Shown: in pieces, positions 1 through 9,919 of the stretch | Layout: the number at the start of each line of letters is the position of its first letter | How positions within the stretch are numbered: position 1 is the first letter of the stretch | DNA from: Polyangia bacterium | Lineage (GTDB): Bacteria; Myxococcota_A; Polyangia; JAAYKL01 | Length of the DNA stretch: 51,096 bases | Assembly: GCA_050287845.1 (NCBI GenBank) | Contig: JBNKCR010000089.1 | Span: forward strand, 1 to 51,096 | Direction of reading: 5' to 3' | The notes under the pieces: generated by a model | What the model saw: the letters and a program-made list of their open reading frames with translations, nothing else | Told to the model about the DNA's origin: nothing | Databases searched by the model: none | Program-made: the position numbers and the translations under genes

Positions 1-163
1 CCCCTTCCAAAAGTCAAGGTCTACAAAAATTTGTGGATTACTCCATGAGCCGTACCAGCGGAGGAGCCGGATGGTGGAAATCTCCTTGTCCGGATCTGGT
101 GAGGGCTTCGGTCGGGCAACCGGCCGGGGCTACTCGACACACTTCTGTTGTTATTTGAGTCCA

Positions 164-1096
164 ATGGCGAGACCTGTAAGAGAGGATTATCCCGGTGCTT
201 GGCACCATGTGATGAACCGTGGCAGAAATCATGATCTGATATATCAGGATGACAATGATGCTGTTGGGTTTCTGTTTGCAATTCATAAGACAATTAACCG
301 ATTTGGAATTGAAGTTCATTCGTATTCTTTGATGCCAAATCACTATCACCTGCTGGTGCGCTGTCCGCTGGGTAATCTCTCGGATGCCATGAAGCACCTG
401 GGCAGTGCCTATACACAAGACTTCAATCGTCGGCACGGGCGGGATGGTTCGCTGTTTCGCGGTCGATTCAAAAGTCAGCTGATACTCAGCGAAGTGTACT
501 TGACATACCTCGTGGCTTATATCAATTTGAATCCGCTTCGGGCTGGTCTGGTCACACGAATGGACTCCCTGCATGCATGGACCAGTTATCGACGGCTGGC
601 TGGCAGCGATCATCATCCAGAATGGCTTTCAACAAAGGAGATGGTTCGACGGTTCGGGTCGGAGGAGAATTTGAAAGACCTCATTATGCGTCTGCATCGC
701 AAAGCGGACCCGTGGCCTTCTGAAATGAATATGAAAACTGGTTGGATTAACTGGAAAACCTCGGGTCAACATTTCGAGAAAATAGAATCGCGGGAACCAT
801 GCGTTTCCCTGACTGTGTTAATTGATGATATTTGCAAAATTACCGGGGTAACAGCCAACGAACTGCAAAAACCCAGGTTAGGCCCCGGTGGAAACCCGGC
901 AAGACGTTTCGCAGTGTGGGCGTTACATCGAACGACTTATCTCAAGCACGGGGAAATTGGTCAATCTCTTGATATGTCCAAATATCAGGTTGCCAAAACT
1001 GTTGAACGAACCCGTAAAAATACCAAACAGTTTGGAGAATGGGCGAATAAATGGGTCGAACAATATCCCCAAAAGGCGTCGATTGCGGAAGCCTGA
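164..1096 (+). CDS. REP-associated HUH tyrosine transposase (RAYT / Y1_Tnp family) with C-terminal HTH-like extension
   Basis: N-terminus MARPVREDYPGAWHHVMNRG, HUH motif in LMPNHYHLL, GSLFRGRFKS, YINLNP (catalytic Tyr), WTSY. ATG at 164 is preferred over 71. Repeat cluster directly downstream. Confidence 0.9.
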   Translation: MARPVREDYPGAWHHVMNRGRNHDLIYQDDNDAVGFLFAIHKTINRFGIEVHSYSLMPNHYHLLVRCPLGNLSDAMKHLGSAYTQDFNRRHGRDGSLFRGRFKSQLILSEVYLTYLVAYINLNPLRAGLVTRMDSLHAWTSYRRLAGSDHHPEWLSTKEMVRRFGSEENLKDLIMRLHRKADPWPSEMNMKTGWINWKTSGQHFEKIESREPCVSLTVLIDDICKITGVTANELQKPRLGPGGNPARRFAVWALHRTTYLKHGEIGQSLDMSKYQVAKTVERTRKNTKQFGEWANKWVEQYPQKASIAEA

Positions 1097-1245
1097 ACTC
1101 ATGCCAGCCAGGCAAATAGTCAAAATAAATGTCAACTATCAAGGCCTGACCCCGTGTGTCCCAAACGATTGCGGAAGCCTGAACTCATGCCAGCCAGGCA
1201 AATAGTCAAAATAAATGTCAACTGTCAAGGCCTGACCCCGTGTGT
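1080..1245 (+). repeat. 80-bp direct duplication covering the RAYT stop codon and its 3' flank
   Basis: 1080-1159 and 1166-1245 are identical except for one base (actatc/actgtc). Both end in AAGGCCTGACCCCGTGTGT. Confidence 0.95.
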
Positions 1246-1422
1246 CTGACCCCGTGTGTTTGACGTCCCCGTGTGTGATTGAGTTCTCGTGTGTTGAGGT
1301 GTGTCAAATGTCAACTGTCAAGGCCTGACCCCGTGTGTGGACCCCGTGTGTCGAGATTGAACAAAAAGTCGCGTGATCAGAGAGCGTTCCAGACCCCCGT
1401 GTGTGTTGCTGACCCCGTGTGT
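1147..1422 (+). repeat. RAYT-associated repeat cluster, about 8 copies of G(A/T)CCCCGTGTGT (GGGGTCA on the minus strand)
   Basis: Copies near 1148, 1234, 1248, 1265, 1327, 1340, 1392 and 1411, irregularly spaced, with no unique spacers. Confidence 0.85.
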
Positions 1423-1582
1423 TGAGTTCTGAACTCCCTCTAAACGCCCTCGGCAGTATTCGTTTTTTCCCCCGGAACCATTCATTCTCTTGCCATATCG
1501 ACTTCAAGTGCGGTACTTAATGTGTCAGTATTGGATAATTGAACAAATACTTGATAATTTGTTTACTGAACGGACACTTTTT

Positions 1583-4500
1583 ATGAAAATTGCTTTTCTT
1601 CTTCTTCCTCTTGTTCTGTTTTCTGGCTGCTATCGCGTGGCATCGCTGGAGTCCGATGACTCGGATCTGTCGGTATCGACGGAGGGGGTCATTGGGGATT
1701 CCATGTCAGATTCTGCCGACAATGAGCACGATTCTGCAACAGAGACCAATCCGTCGGGCGGTACTTCTCCCACGGATACCGAAATGGAAGACACCGCAAC
1801 CGAAGATACGGTGACAGAAGATACGGCTACCGAAGATACCGAAACGGAAGACACCGCAACCGAAGATACGGCGACCGAAGATACCGAAACGGAAGACACC
1901 AAAACGGAAGACACCGAAACGGAAGATACGGCGACCGAAGATACCGAAACGGAAGACACTGAAACGGAAGATACGGAAACGGAAGACACCGCGACCGAAG
2001 ATACCGAAACGGAAGATACGGAAACGGAAGACACCGAGACAGAAGATACGGCGACCGAAGACACCGAAACGGAAGATACGGAAACGGAAGACACCGAGAC
2101 CGAAGATACGGCGACAGAAGATACGGCGACCGAAGATACGGCGACCGAAGATACGGCGATTCCGTTGCCGAATGCATTTATCAGCACGTGGAAAACCGAC
2201 TACCCCGGCCTCTCCGATGACGACCAGATTGAACTGCCATTGGTCGAAAACGGCACCTATGATTTTACGGTTCAATGGGGAGACGGCACCACCAGCAGTA
2301 TTACCAGCTGGGATGACCCGGACAAATTGCACACGTACCCGATGCCGGGAACGTATACGGTCGCAATAGAGGGCACCATTGTGGGATGGCAGTTCAATAT
2401 TACCCTGCTGGAGATAGTAGAAAGGTGGCCCGAGGGATTCCGTAACTATGTCAGTGAAGCCCCCCTGACGGGGCCCGACGATCTGTATTTTATTTTTGAC
2501 GAACGCAAAATCGTTGAAATCTCCCAGTGGGGGAATTTGGTGTTTGGGGACACGGAAGCACAGTTTTTGGGTTGCTCCAACATGGATATTACCGCATTGG
2601 ATGCACCCGATTTGTCACAGACCAACAGTCTGTTTGGGGCCTTCGCAGCATGTCACGGCTTGACCGATGTGCTTGGTATCGCTAACTGGGATGTGTCCAC
2701 CATCTCTAATGGCCGGGCTCTTTTTTATCACGCCAGTTCGTTCAACGGGGACGTCTCCAGTTGGGATACATCCAATTTTATCTCCATGAGCAGCATGTTT
2801 GCATTTGCATCAGCGTTCAACCAGGATGTATCACAGTGGGATATATCCAACGTTACAGATATTTCCCACCTTTTCACTAACGCATTGAATTTCAACCAGG
2901 ATTTGTCGAAATGGGATACCTCCCATGTTACCGATATGGGTTTCACTTTCAGCGGGGCGTACAGTTTCAATCAGGATTTGTCCGCCTGGGATACCTCTGC
3001 CGTCACGAATATGAATGCGATGTTTCAGGTGGCATCTTTATTCAACCAGGATTTGTCGAAATGGGATACCTCCCATGTTACTGATATGAGTTTCACTTTC
3101 AGCGGGGCGTACAGTTTCAATCAGGATTTGTCGAAATGGGATACCTCCGCTGTCACGAATATGTATGCAATGTTTCAGTTGGCATCTTTATTCAATCAGG
3201 ATATTGGTGGCTGGGACACATCCAGGGTGACAGACATGCGCAGCATGTTTTACGGAGCCCAGTCCTTCGATCAAAACATTGGCAACTGGACCGTGGAAGC
3301 GCTGGAAGATGCCGAACACATGCTGGAGGTTGCGGCGCTGAGTACCGCCAACTACGATGCGCTGCTGGTGGGGTGGGCCGCCCAGTCCGTGCAACGGGAT
3401 GTGGTGTTTTCTGCCGGCTATACCAAGTATAGCCCTGGGATTGCAGCGACATCACGACAGCGGTTGATAGACGAGTACAATTGGACGATTACGGATGGCG
3501 GAATGCTGGAGGCAGATACAGATACTGAACCGTGCTACCAGGGGGATTTGATCATTGCAACCTACGCCGACATGGCGGCCATTACGGATAAAACCTGCAT
3601 TGAGGGAAATCTTACAGTTGCTTCAGAAACGATGACCGATATGGACGGGCTGCAGCAGATTACTTATGTGACCGGAAATTTATTGATTGGTACGCTTGCT
3701 TCCGCCGATGGTGGCGTCCCCGAAATGCAGACACTGACAGGGCTGGAGGGGCTTGCCCGCATAGAGGGAGACCTTTCGATTATGTATGCCCCCGTGTTGC
3801 AGAATCTCGATGCGCTTTCGAATCTGACGGAGATTGGCGGTAACCTGGATATTGTGTACACCGCTGCACTCACGTCACTTGAAGGACTTTCGGGAATCAC
3901 GGAACTTTCAGGTGGCTGGTTTGAGATTTGGGGCGTTTCCCTTGTTTCAGATTTAAGTTCGTTTCTAAATTTGACATCTGTGCGAGACGGCATTTTAATT
4001 GGCTACAATGATAACCTTGTGAGCATTGAAGGCCTTCAGAATGTCACTGGCGCCACCTCCGCAATAGAAGTTATTGAGTGCCCCCAGTTGGAGAGTTTGT
4101 CCGGGTTGAATGGTATCACCTCTCTGGTACCATTTCTGACAGAGGATTGGAACTCTTCACTTAAAATCTGGAATAACGACGCATTGGAAGACCTCAGCGG
4201 CCTGTCCAATATCACGGGAAGCATTGACCGCCTTTCAATCAGAGGAAACGCGTCGCTGTCAACTCTGGTGGGGCTGGAGGGGGTGACCTCTACTACGGAT
4301 GGTATTGAAATTGAGGCAACGGCGCTCACCAGCCTTGCTGGGCTGGATAATATTACGACAATTGGAGGCGGATTGGTTGTCAGGGACAATGCTGCCCTGG
4401 TAAACTTCAGTGGATTGGAGCGTCTGGAAAGCACCGGCAGAATTATTCAAATCGAGAACAACGATTTGTTGATTGATTTTACCGGACTGGAGAATCTCAA

Positions 4501-4801
4501 ATTGCTTGGAGATCTTATCTCCCCTGGTTTTTTTCAGGATTTGTATATTAACGATAACGATTCCCTTCAGAGTCTCTCTGGGCTTGAGCAACTGGCGTTT
4601 ATTGGTGATTCCTTTCAGATATGGAACAACCCCATGTTGGAATCGATTTTGGAATTGGAAAGCCTGACCCACACCACCGGCATCAACGCTTTCTCTGAAA
4701 ATCCGTCACTGGACAAATGTCAGCAATGCGTCCTCAACAATCAATTGACCACTCCCCTCGATTCCATGACAACCTGGTGTGCTGCCAATTGCCAGATGTA
4801 G
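1583..4801 (+). CDS. BspA-family (DUF285) leucine-rich-repeat surface lipoprotein with acidic stalk, PKD-like domain and receptor-L-like LRRs
   Basis: Lipobox LFSGC; TEDT stalk; FTVQWGDG (PKD-like); 25-aa FNQDLSxWDTSxVTxMxxxF repeats; C-terminal LxGLxNLTxIGGxL repeats. Confidence 0.88.
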   Translation: MKIAFLLLPLVLFSGCYRVASLESDDSDLSVSTEGVIGDSMSDSADNEHDSATETNPSGGTSPTDTEMEDTATEDTVTEDTATEDTETEDTATEDTATEDTETEDTKTEDTETEDTATEDTETEDTETEDTETEDTATEDTETEDTETEDTETEDTATEDTETEDTETEDTETEDTATEDTATEDTATEDTAIPLPNAFISTWKTDYPGLSDDDQIELPLVENGTYDFTVQWGDGTTSSITSWDDPDKLHTYPMPGTYTVAIEGTIVGWQFNITLLEIVERWPEGFRNYVSEAPLTGPDDLYFIFDERKIVEISQWGNLVFGDTEAQFLGCSNMDITALDAPDLSQTNSLFGAFAACHGLTDVLGIANWDVSTISNGRALFYHASSFNGDVSSWDTSNFISMSSMFAFASAFNQDVSQWDISNVTDISHLFTNALNFNQDLSKWDTSHVTDMGFTFSGAYSFNQDLSAWDTSAVTNMNAMFQVASLFNQDLSKWDTSHVTDMSFTFSGAYSFNQDLSKWDTSAVTNMYAMFQLASLFNQDIGGWDTSRVTDMRSMFYGAQSFDQNIGNWTVEALEDAEHMLEVAALSTANYDALLVGWAAQSVQRDVVFSAGYTKYSPGIAATSRQRLIDEYNWTITDGGMLEADTDTEPCYQGDLIIATYADMAAITDKTCIEGNLTVASETMTDMDGLQQITYVTGNLLIGTLASADGGVPEMQTLTGLEGLARIEGDLSIMYAPVLQNLDALSNLTEIGGNLDIVYTAALTSLEGLSGITELSGGWFEIWGVSLVSDLSSFLNLTSVRDGILIGYNDNLVSIEGLQNVTGATSAIEVIECPQLESLSGLNGITSLVPFLTEDWNSSLKIWNNDALEDLSGLSNITGSIDRLSIRGNASLSTLVGLEGVTSTTDGIEIEATALTSLAGLDNITTIGGGLVVRDNAALVNFSGLERLESTGRIIQIENNDLLIDFTGLENLKLLGDLISPGFFQDLYINDNDSLQSLSGLEQLAFIGDSFQIWNNPMLESILELESLTHTTGINAFSENPSLDKCQQCVLNNQLTTPLDSMTTWCAANCQM
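1787..2160 (+). repeat. 15-bp coding minisatellite encoding (EDT[A/E]T)n, about 25 units
   Basis: GAAGA(T/C)AC(C/G)G(C/A)NAC(C/G) tandem units are directly visible. Confidence 0.95.
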
Positions 4802-4942
4802 TGGCGATAAGGGGTCGCGACCTCCCTGAATGGCAAGTGGGAGGGTCAGCCCCCAGTCGTCTCCTCGGGCCGTTTTCACGACAACGCAATTGTCTCAGAA
4901 AGGATGCTTTTCATGGGGTGGGAATCATCATAAGGTGTGTTT

Positions 4943-5170
4943 ATGAATGATTCGAACCGCAATGATCCCCTGCACGGAATAACGTTGGAGTCCATGCTGA
5001 ACCATCTGGTGGAAAGGTATGGGTTTTTGACCATGGGTGCCCGAATTCCGATTCGCTGTTTCACCGAAAATCCCAGCATCCGCTCCAGTCTGAAATTTTT
5101 GCGCAAAACCCCCTGGGCGCGAAAAAAAGTCGAGGAGATGTACCTCAAGTCAATAAAGGAGATCGCCTGA
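4943..5170 (+). CDS. VF530 / DUF2132 family small protein, copy 1
   Basis: NDPLHGITLE..L..LVE.YG ... IRCFTENPSIRSSLKFLRKTPWARKKVE is the family signature. Confidence 0.88.
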   Translation: MNDSNRNDPLHGITLESMLNHLVERYGFLTMGARIPIRCFTENPSIRSSLKFLRKTPWARKKVEEMYLKSIKEIA

Positions 5171-5196
5171 GGTCTTCTGGACAGCGTGAAAAGCCC

Positions 5197-5221
5197 ATAG
5201 GGGTGAAAATTTTCTCACTAC
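5197..5221. repeat. Degenerate GTAG-type REP hairpin (GTAGGGGCGAAAAATTTTTCGCCCCTAC-like)
   Basis: ATAGGGGTGAAAATTTTCTCACTAC; related copies at 24153, 29662 and 50137. Confidence 0.6.
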
Positions 5222-5260
5222 AATTATTTTCGTCCGGGCAATTCATTAAAAAGATTTCCG

Positions 5261-5431
5261 GGTCACGCATTGATAAGTCTTCGCCAATCCGGGCGGTCAG
5301 CTGGTTGATGCGATTGATCAGATATTCGGGTTTGAAAATGGTGTCGATGGCGCTGCGGTAGTTGGCCCCGCAGGCATTCATGTATTTGTCGATGGCCATC
5401 ATGCGTCGCACCAGCGGTCGGTCAACACCTT
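5261..5431 (-). pseudogene. Orphan 3' fragment of the CotH kinase gene (inverted copy of 23852-24022)
   Basis: Translates RPLVRRMMAIDKYMNA..ANYRSAIDTIF.PEYLI.RI.QLTARIGEDLSMRD, nearly identical to the C-terminus of 22594-24111. It has no start. Confidence 0.9.
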
Positions 5432-5770
5432 TTTACCCTTTCTGAATCAACGTTGAAGGCAAGATAATGCATCAGTGCGTCATTGAGCTGTCAGGTAGTG
5501 CATAAATGTCCATAAACTGGATATTTAAATAACAGAATTGCTAATTTCCCACCGCAAAAGTATGCTAAAATCGTTGTGAAACCGACTTTGAAGAGAAAGG
5601 CAACAAGTGTGGGCTGAGTTGCGAGACGAATAGGGCTTTTATATTTCCTGCACTCGATTGAAGCCAGTGAGTTGGCCTGTGAATGATTCAACGTTGTTTC
5701 AAAGGGGATGTCAATACCCATTGGCGCAAATTTGGCGTGACACGGGACTGTACGATGGTAAGGAGGCTAT

Positions 5771-6181
5771 ATGAATTTAATTGAATGGGACGACGACAGC
5801 ATGAGTGTCAATGTGCAGGAAATCGATCAGCAACACAAACAGCTTGTCAACTTAATAAATGAACTTCATGACGCAATGCGTGAGCGCAAAACCAAGGATA
5901 CTCTTGGAAAGATCATCCAGGGGCTGATTGACTATACAGGGTCGCATTTTGCCACAGAGGAAAAGTACTTTGATGCCTTCGGGTATCCGGAAGCGGATGC
6001 CCATAAAGCCACCCATCAGGAGTTCGTGGCCAAGGTGATGGTTTTTCAAACCGGGTTTACAGAAGGACGGCTCCTGCTGTCGTTGGATGTGATGAATTTT
6101 CTTAGAGAGTGGCTGGTAGACCATATCATGGGCGATGACCGTCGGTATGGTCCCTTCTTTAATGAGCATGGATTAACCTGA
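5771..6181 (+). CDS. Bacteriohemerythrin (single-domain, di-iron)
   Basis: IEWDD..SV.V.EIDQQH, HFATEE, HKATH and WLVDHIMGDD ligand motifs; RBS AGGAGG. Confidence 0.95.
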   Translation: MNLIEWDDDSMSVNVQEIDQQHKQLVNLINELHDAMRERKTKDTLGKIIQGLIDYTGSHFATEEKYFDAFGYPEADAHKATHQEFVAKVMVFQTGFTEGRLLLSLDVMNFLREWLVDHIMGDDRRYGPFFNEHGLT

Positions 6182-6701
6182 ATAAGGGAGCATCAATTCA
6201 GTACACTTTGAGTATACCTGTTGAAAATAGCATTATTCCTCGAAGGCGGGAATCCGTGCGCTATGTGGATACGCCGATGCTGCTGAGAATCCGAAACAGC
6301 AATTGAAAATCGGTATTGACGGGAGCGTGTATCGCTCTGTTCTTTTTTGTAAAAATCATATGGCGCATTTTTCGGATGGACAAGGGGGGATGGTCGGGGT
6401 ATTTTGGAGTACGCCTGTCCTGGGCGAATTATTTTCGGTACAGTTTCTGATGAGGAAGGATGAAAAGTCCAATCGATTGGACTTTTCAGAGGGTGGTGTA
6501 TTCAAATGTATTTGAATGTGCCCAGATGTGTGATTTCATCGTTGAACCTGTGGGCATCTGGGGGGGGAATCGACGTTGGATGTGGTCCTGCCAATGGGGA
6601 ATTCGCGAGGGGCGCAGGGGATATTCTGTGAAGGGGGATTCGATTGTGGCAGCTGGCGGATACACCTTGTCCAACCCGGGACCTCATGCTACATCCGGGG
6701 C

Positions 6702-7301
6702 ATGAAAAAGATCTTATTTTTAATCTTTATATTACCTTTACTGGCCAGCTGTAAAACAGGGATTCCCGACAGATCAACGCCCAAAGGCGCGTTTGCCCGG
6801 CTTTCGCCCTGCATTGACGCTGCGGATACCGGATGTGTGTATTATGAGCTGGATGTGGACAGCCGAAACACGGTGTCCACTATTTACCGGATTCTGAAGG
6901 AGATGCGTCAGGCGGTGGAAGAGTCGTACCCGGAAGATGAGCAGCTGCGCAGCGCGGTGTTTGGGAAATGGTTGAAGGAATCCACGGCCGGGAGCGACAC
7001 GGAGATGTTTGATTTGCTCTGCAGACGGGAGCACTGCCTGAAGCAGCTGGCCATGGGCTTCGGGGCAATCACGGAGATGAAGGAATCCGGCGATACCGCC
7101 ACGGTCACCACTGTGCGGAACAAAACATTCGTATTACGGAAAAGTAAGGGGGAATGGGGGATTGTTCTCCTTTCAGATGCCCTTGACGGCGAACAGATAC
7201 GCCTCACCAGTTCTCTTGAGCAGGTGAAACGAAACGCACGGGAGTATGAGCAGCAGCGCCTGGCGACCGGAAGTAATACTCTACGAAAGGACAAAATATG
7301 A
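6702..7301 (+). CDS. Hypothetical lipoprotein
   Basis: MKKILFLIFILPLLASC lipobox; stop overlaps the next start (ATGA). Confidence 0.75.
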   Translation: MKKILFLIFILPLLASCKTGIPDRSTPKGAFARLSPCIDAADTGCVYYELDVDSRNTVSTIYRILKEMRQAVEESYPEDEQLRSAVFGKWLKESTAGSDTEMFDLLCRREHCLKQLAMGFGAITEMKESGDTATVTTVRNKTFVLRKSKGEWGIVLLSDALDGEQIRLTSSLEQVKRNAREYEQQRLATGSNTLRKDKI

Positions 7302-8134
7302 CTCTGGACTTGCAGACTGCGGGAAAAAAAATCGGGCCGGTGATTCAGGATTACTGTTGGAAGGATGTGGCGCTCTATGCCATCAGCCTGGGCGCCGGAC
7401 GTTCAGACCTGGCATATCTCCTTGAACCGATACCGAAGGTTTTGCCCACATATGGGGTTATTCCCACGTTCAATCCGGTATTTGATCTCCTGCGGGCCAC
7501 TGGCGGCGACCTGGTCACCCTGCTGCACAGCTCTCAGCGCACCGAAATCATCAAGCCGTTTCCCCCTGCGGGAAAAATGGAAACCGAGGCGGTTATCCGG
7601 GGCATCTACGATATGAAAATCGGCGCGGCCGTGGTCATTGACACTACCACACTGGTGGACGGTGATTTGATTGCAAAAACGGTCTGGACCCTGCTGCTCC
7701 GCGGTGAAGGCGGATTCGGCGGAGAGCGCCCCCCGGCGCGACTGAAAACCAAAGCCCCTGCGGACACTGCCCCCGATTTTTCGGTGGAAGTTCCCACCAT
7801 GGACAATCAGGCGCTGCTGTACCGGCTGAATGGTGACATCAATCCCATTCATGCGGACCCGGAGGTGGCCAGAGCCGCCGGTTTCGAGCGACCGATTCTG
7901 CACGGGCTGTGCACCTATGGGATTGCCGGGCGTGTCGCGCTCAAGGAGCTGGCCGGTGATGAACCCGCCCGCTTCAGGTCGCTGGAGTGCCTCTTTTCGA
8001 AGCCGGTGATGCCGGGGGACACGCTGGTGGTGGAGGGATACCGGCTGGATGCGGGCAAGGCGGCAGTGACGGTGACGGTAAAAGAAACTGGCGTGAAGGC
8101 AATTGCCAACTGCCTGTTTGAATACGCGGAATAA
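7298..8134 (+). CDS. MaoC-family double hot-dog (R)-specific enoyl-CoA hydratase (hydratase-2 type)
   Basis: YRLNGDINPIHADP hydratase-2 motif, PILHGLCTYG, FSKPVMPGDTL. Confidence 0.92.
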   Translation: MTLDLQTAGKKIGPVIQDYCWKDVALYAISLGAGRSDLAYLLEPIPKVLPTYGVIPTFNPVFDLLRATGGDLVTLLHSSQRTEIIKPFPPAGKMETEAVIRGIYDMKIGAAVVIDTTTLVDGDLIAKTVWTLLLRGEGGFGGERPPARLKTKAPADTAPDFSVEVPTMDNQALLYRLNGDINPIHADPEVARAAGFERPILHGLCTYGIAGRVALKELAGDEPARFRSLECLFSKPVMPGDTLVVEGYRLDAGKAAVTVTVKETGVKAIANCLFEYAE

Positions 8135-8138
8135 TTTT

Positions 8139-9797
8139 ATGAACATTCCCCCCCACCCCCCTGTACGGGTTTCAATGATTTCAATCTTTCTTTTCGGCAT
8201 GGTCTTCGCTGGATGCGCCCGGGCGCCGGGTTCGACCGCGGGCAGCACTGCGAATTCGCCGGACAAATCCATCGCCCCCCACGCGGAGATGACTGTGTAC
8301 ATCATGGCCACCTGCCCCTACTGTGCGCGGGCATTGGAAACCGCCATTCTGCCCCTGTATTTCGAGCTGGACGGGTCCCTTACGGTGTCCGTAGCTTATG
8401 TGGGCACCACGGACGAATCCGGCGTACCCGACCTGGCCCACGGGGATACTGAAGTGGCGTCGGCGATTATCGAGCTGTGCGCGGCCAGCGCTACCGATGA
8501 AGCCAACTGGTTCTCGTTTATGCGGTGCATGTATCGGGACGACCTCTGGCAGGACATGGAGAAAAATTGGACTACCTGCGCATCTGCGGCCCGAATCCCG
8601 GCTGAGGATGTTCGCCATTGCGTTGAGAAGGGCGGCGGTCGGGATGCGCTGATTCGTTCGATTGCGCTCTCTGCCGCGGAGCATATTCAGGCTGCCCCAT
8701 CGATTTTTATTGACGGCAACGAGTACGTGGGGCCGATTGATAAGGAGTCTCTGCTCACCCACATCTGTTATTTCAGCGGGAAACCCTCCACCCGGCCGAA
8801 AATTTGCGAGGCCATACCGGAGCCCGAGCTGCTGCGCGCCACTTTTCTGAATGATATTCGCTGCGGTGAGAAATGCGATGTCGCCTCGGAAATCAATTTT
8901 CTGAAATCGCTTTTTCCGGCCATGGAAATCGCCGAGCTGGATTACAGCGAACCCGATGGCAAGGCGCTGTATCAGCAGATGCTGGACGAGTTGGGGGAAG
9001 GATTTCTGCCGGCACTTTACATAGAGGAAACCATGGATGATCTGGGGGTGGCGGCCATTCCCCTCACTCAGTATCTGGTGACATTCGGGGAGGGGTTTGT
9101 GTTGCCCCTGGGCGAAGGATTCGACCCCACTGCCGAACTCTGTGAAAACGGGGTAGACGATGACGACAACGGCAAGACGGATTGCGAAGACGCCACTTGC
9201 GCGGGGACGCCGGCATGCCGCGAAGAAATCCCCCATCGGATGGATTTGTTCATCATGAGCCAGTGTCCGTACGCCGCCATGATTATTCCGGCGGTGGACC
9301 ATGTGATCCGGCATCTGCAGCAGAATGGCTCGCCGGCGACCCTTCGATTTCAGTTTATCGGCGAAGCGAGGGAAGGGGAGCTGATGAGCATGCATGGACC
9401 GGCTGAAGTGGCGGAGGACCTGCGCATGGCGTGTATTCAGGAGCTGTATCCGGCGCAGCACGGGTTCATGGCCTACATGATGTGCCGTGCCCGAAATATC
9501 GAAAGCGAAGATTGGCAGCCGTGTCTTTCTGAAACCATGGTTGAAAAAGAGGTGACGGACTGCGCCACCGGTACACGGGGAGTTGAACTGCTCCAACAGA
9601 GCTTTGAACTGGCCGGTGAGGTGTCGCGCAATGCCAGTCCCAGCTGGATGCTCAACAACCGGCTGGAAATGAATGCCCGGACCGCCACCGAAATTTTCGA
9701 CGCCTATTGCAGCGCCAACGATGACCCCGCCTGTCAGGTGGAAATCAGGCCGCTCCTCATTGATAAAGACATTCCCGAAATACAGAAATGTGAGTAG
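8139..9797 (+). CDS. Exported Cys-rich protein with two thioredoxin-fold (GILT/DsbA-like) domains
   Basis: Lipobox-like FAGC; YIMATCPYC and FIMSQCPYA; HG..EV motif in both halves; cis-Pro loop AAPSIFIDG; Cys-rich ELCENGVDDDDNGKTDC repeat. Confidence 0.7.
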   Translation: MNIPPHPPVRVSMISIFLFGMVFAGCARAPGSTAGSTANSPDKSIAPHAEMTVYIMATCPYCARALETAILPLYFELDGSLTVSVAYVGTTDESGVPDLAHGDTEVASAIIELCAASATDEANWFSFMRCMYRDDLWQDMEKNWTTCASAARIPAEDVRHCVEKGGGRDALIRSIALSAAEHIQAAPSIFIDGNEYVGPIDKESLLTHICYFSGKPSTRPKICEAIPEPELLRATFLNDIRCGEKCDVASEINFLKSLFPAMEIAELDYSEPDGKALYQQMLDELGEGFLPALYIEETMDDLGVAAIPLTQYLVTFGEGFVLPLGEGFDPTAELCENGVDDDDNGKTDCEDATCAGTPACREEIPHRMDLFIMSQCPYAAMIIPAVDHVIRHLQQNGSPATLRFQFIGEAREGELMSMHGPAEVAEDLRMACIQELYPAQHGFMAYMMCRARNIESEDWQPCLSETMVEKEVTDCATGTRGVELLQQSFELAGEVSRNASPSWMLNNRLEMNARTATEIFDAYCSANDDPACQVEIRPLLIDKDIPEIQKCE

Positions 9798-9919
9798 ACG
9801 GCGGACGTTTCAGCAGTTGAAGCCCGACAGCGACTCCGCACCGTTTTGCGAATCTGCGGCCCAGTCTGCAACGCCCAGTCTGCAACGCCCCGAATGATTC
9901 ATCCCCCGGTGGGGCGGTT

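Noticed and set aside
1630..2332. Long low-complexity antisense ORFs (also 26395-26981, 44361-44876, 46645-47590, 50774-51076)
   Set aside because: They are shadows of the D/S/T coding microsatellites.
4943..5170. VF530 duplicate pair as a DGR template/variable repeat
   Set aside because: Mismatches are not adenine-specific (T/C, G/C and G/T occur), and there is no reverse transcriptase in the window.
6231..6290. Degenerate GTCATTCC..GGCGGGAATCC-type palindromic repeat (also about 49206-49280)
   Set aside because: Too decayed to call confidently; the arms do not pair well.
8181..9596. Long antisense ORFs opposite real genes (also 19771-21210, 10439-11533, 15603-16628)
   Set aside because: Expected from GC codon bias; no recognisable motifs.
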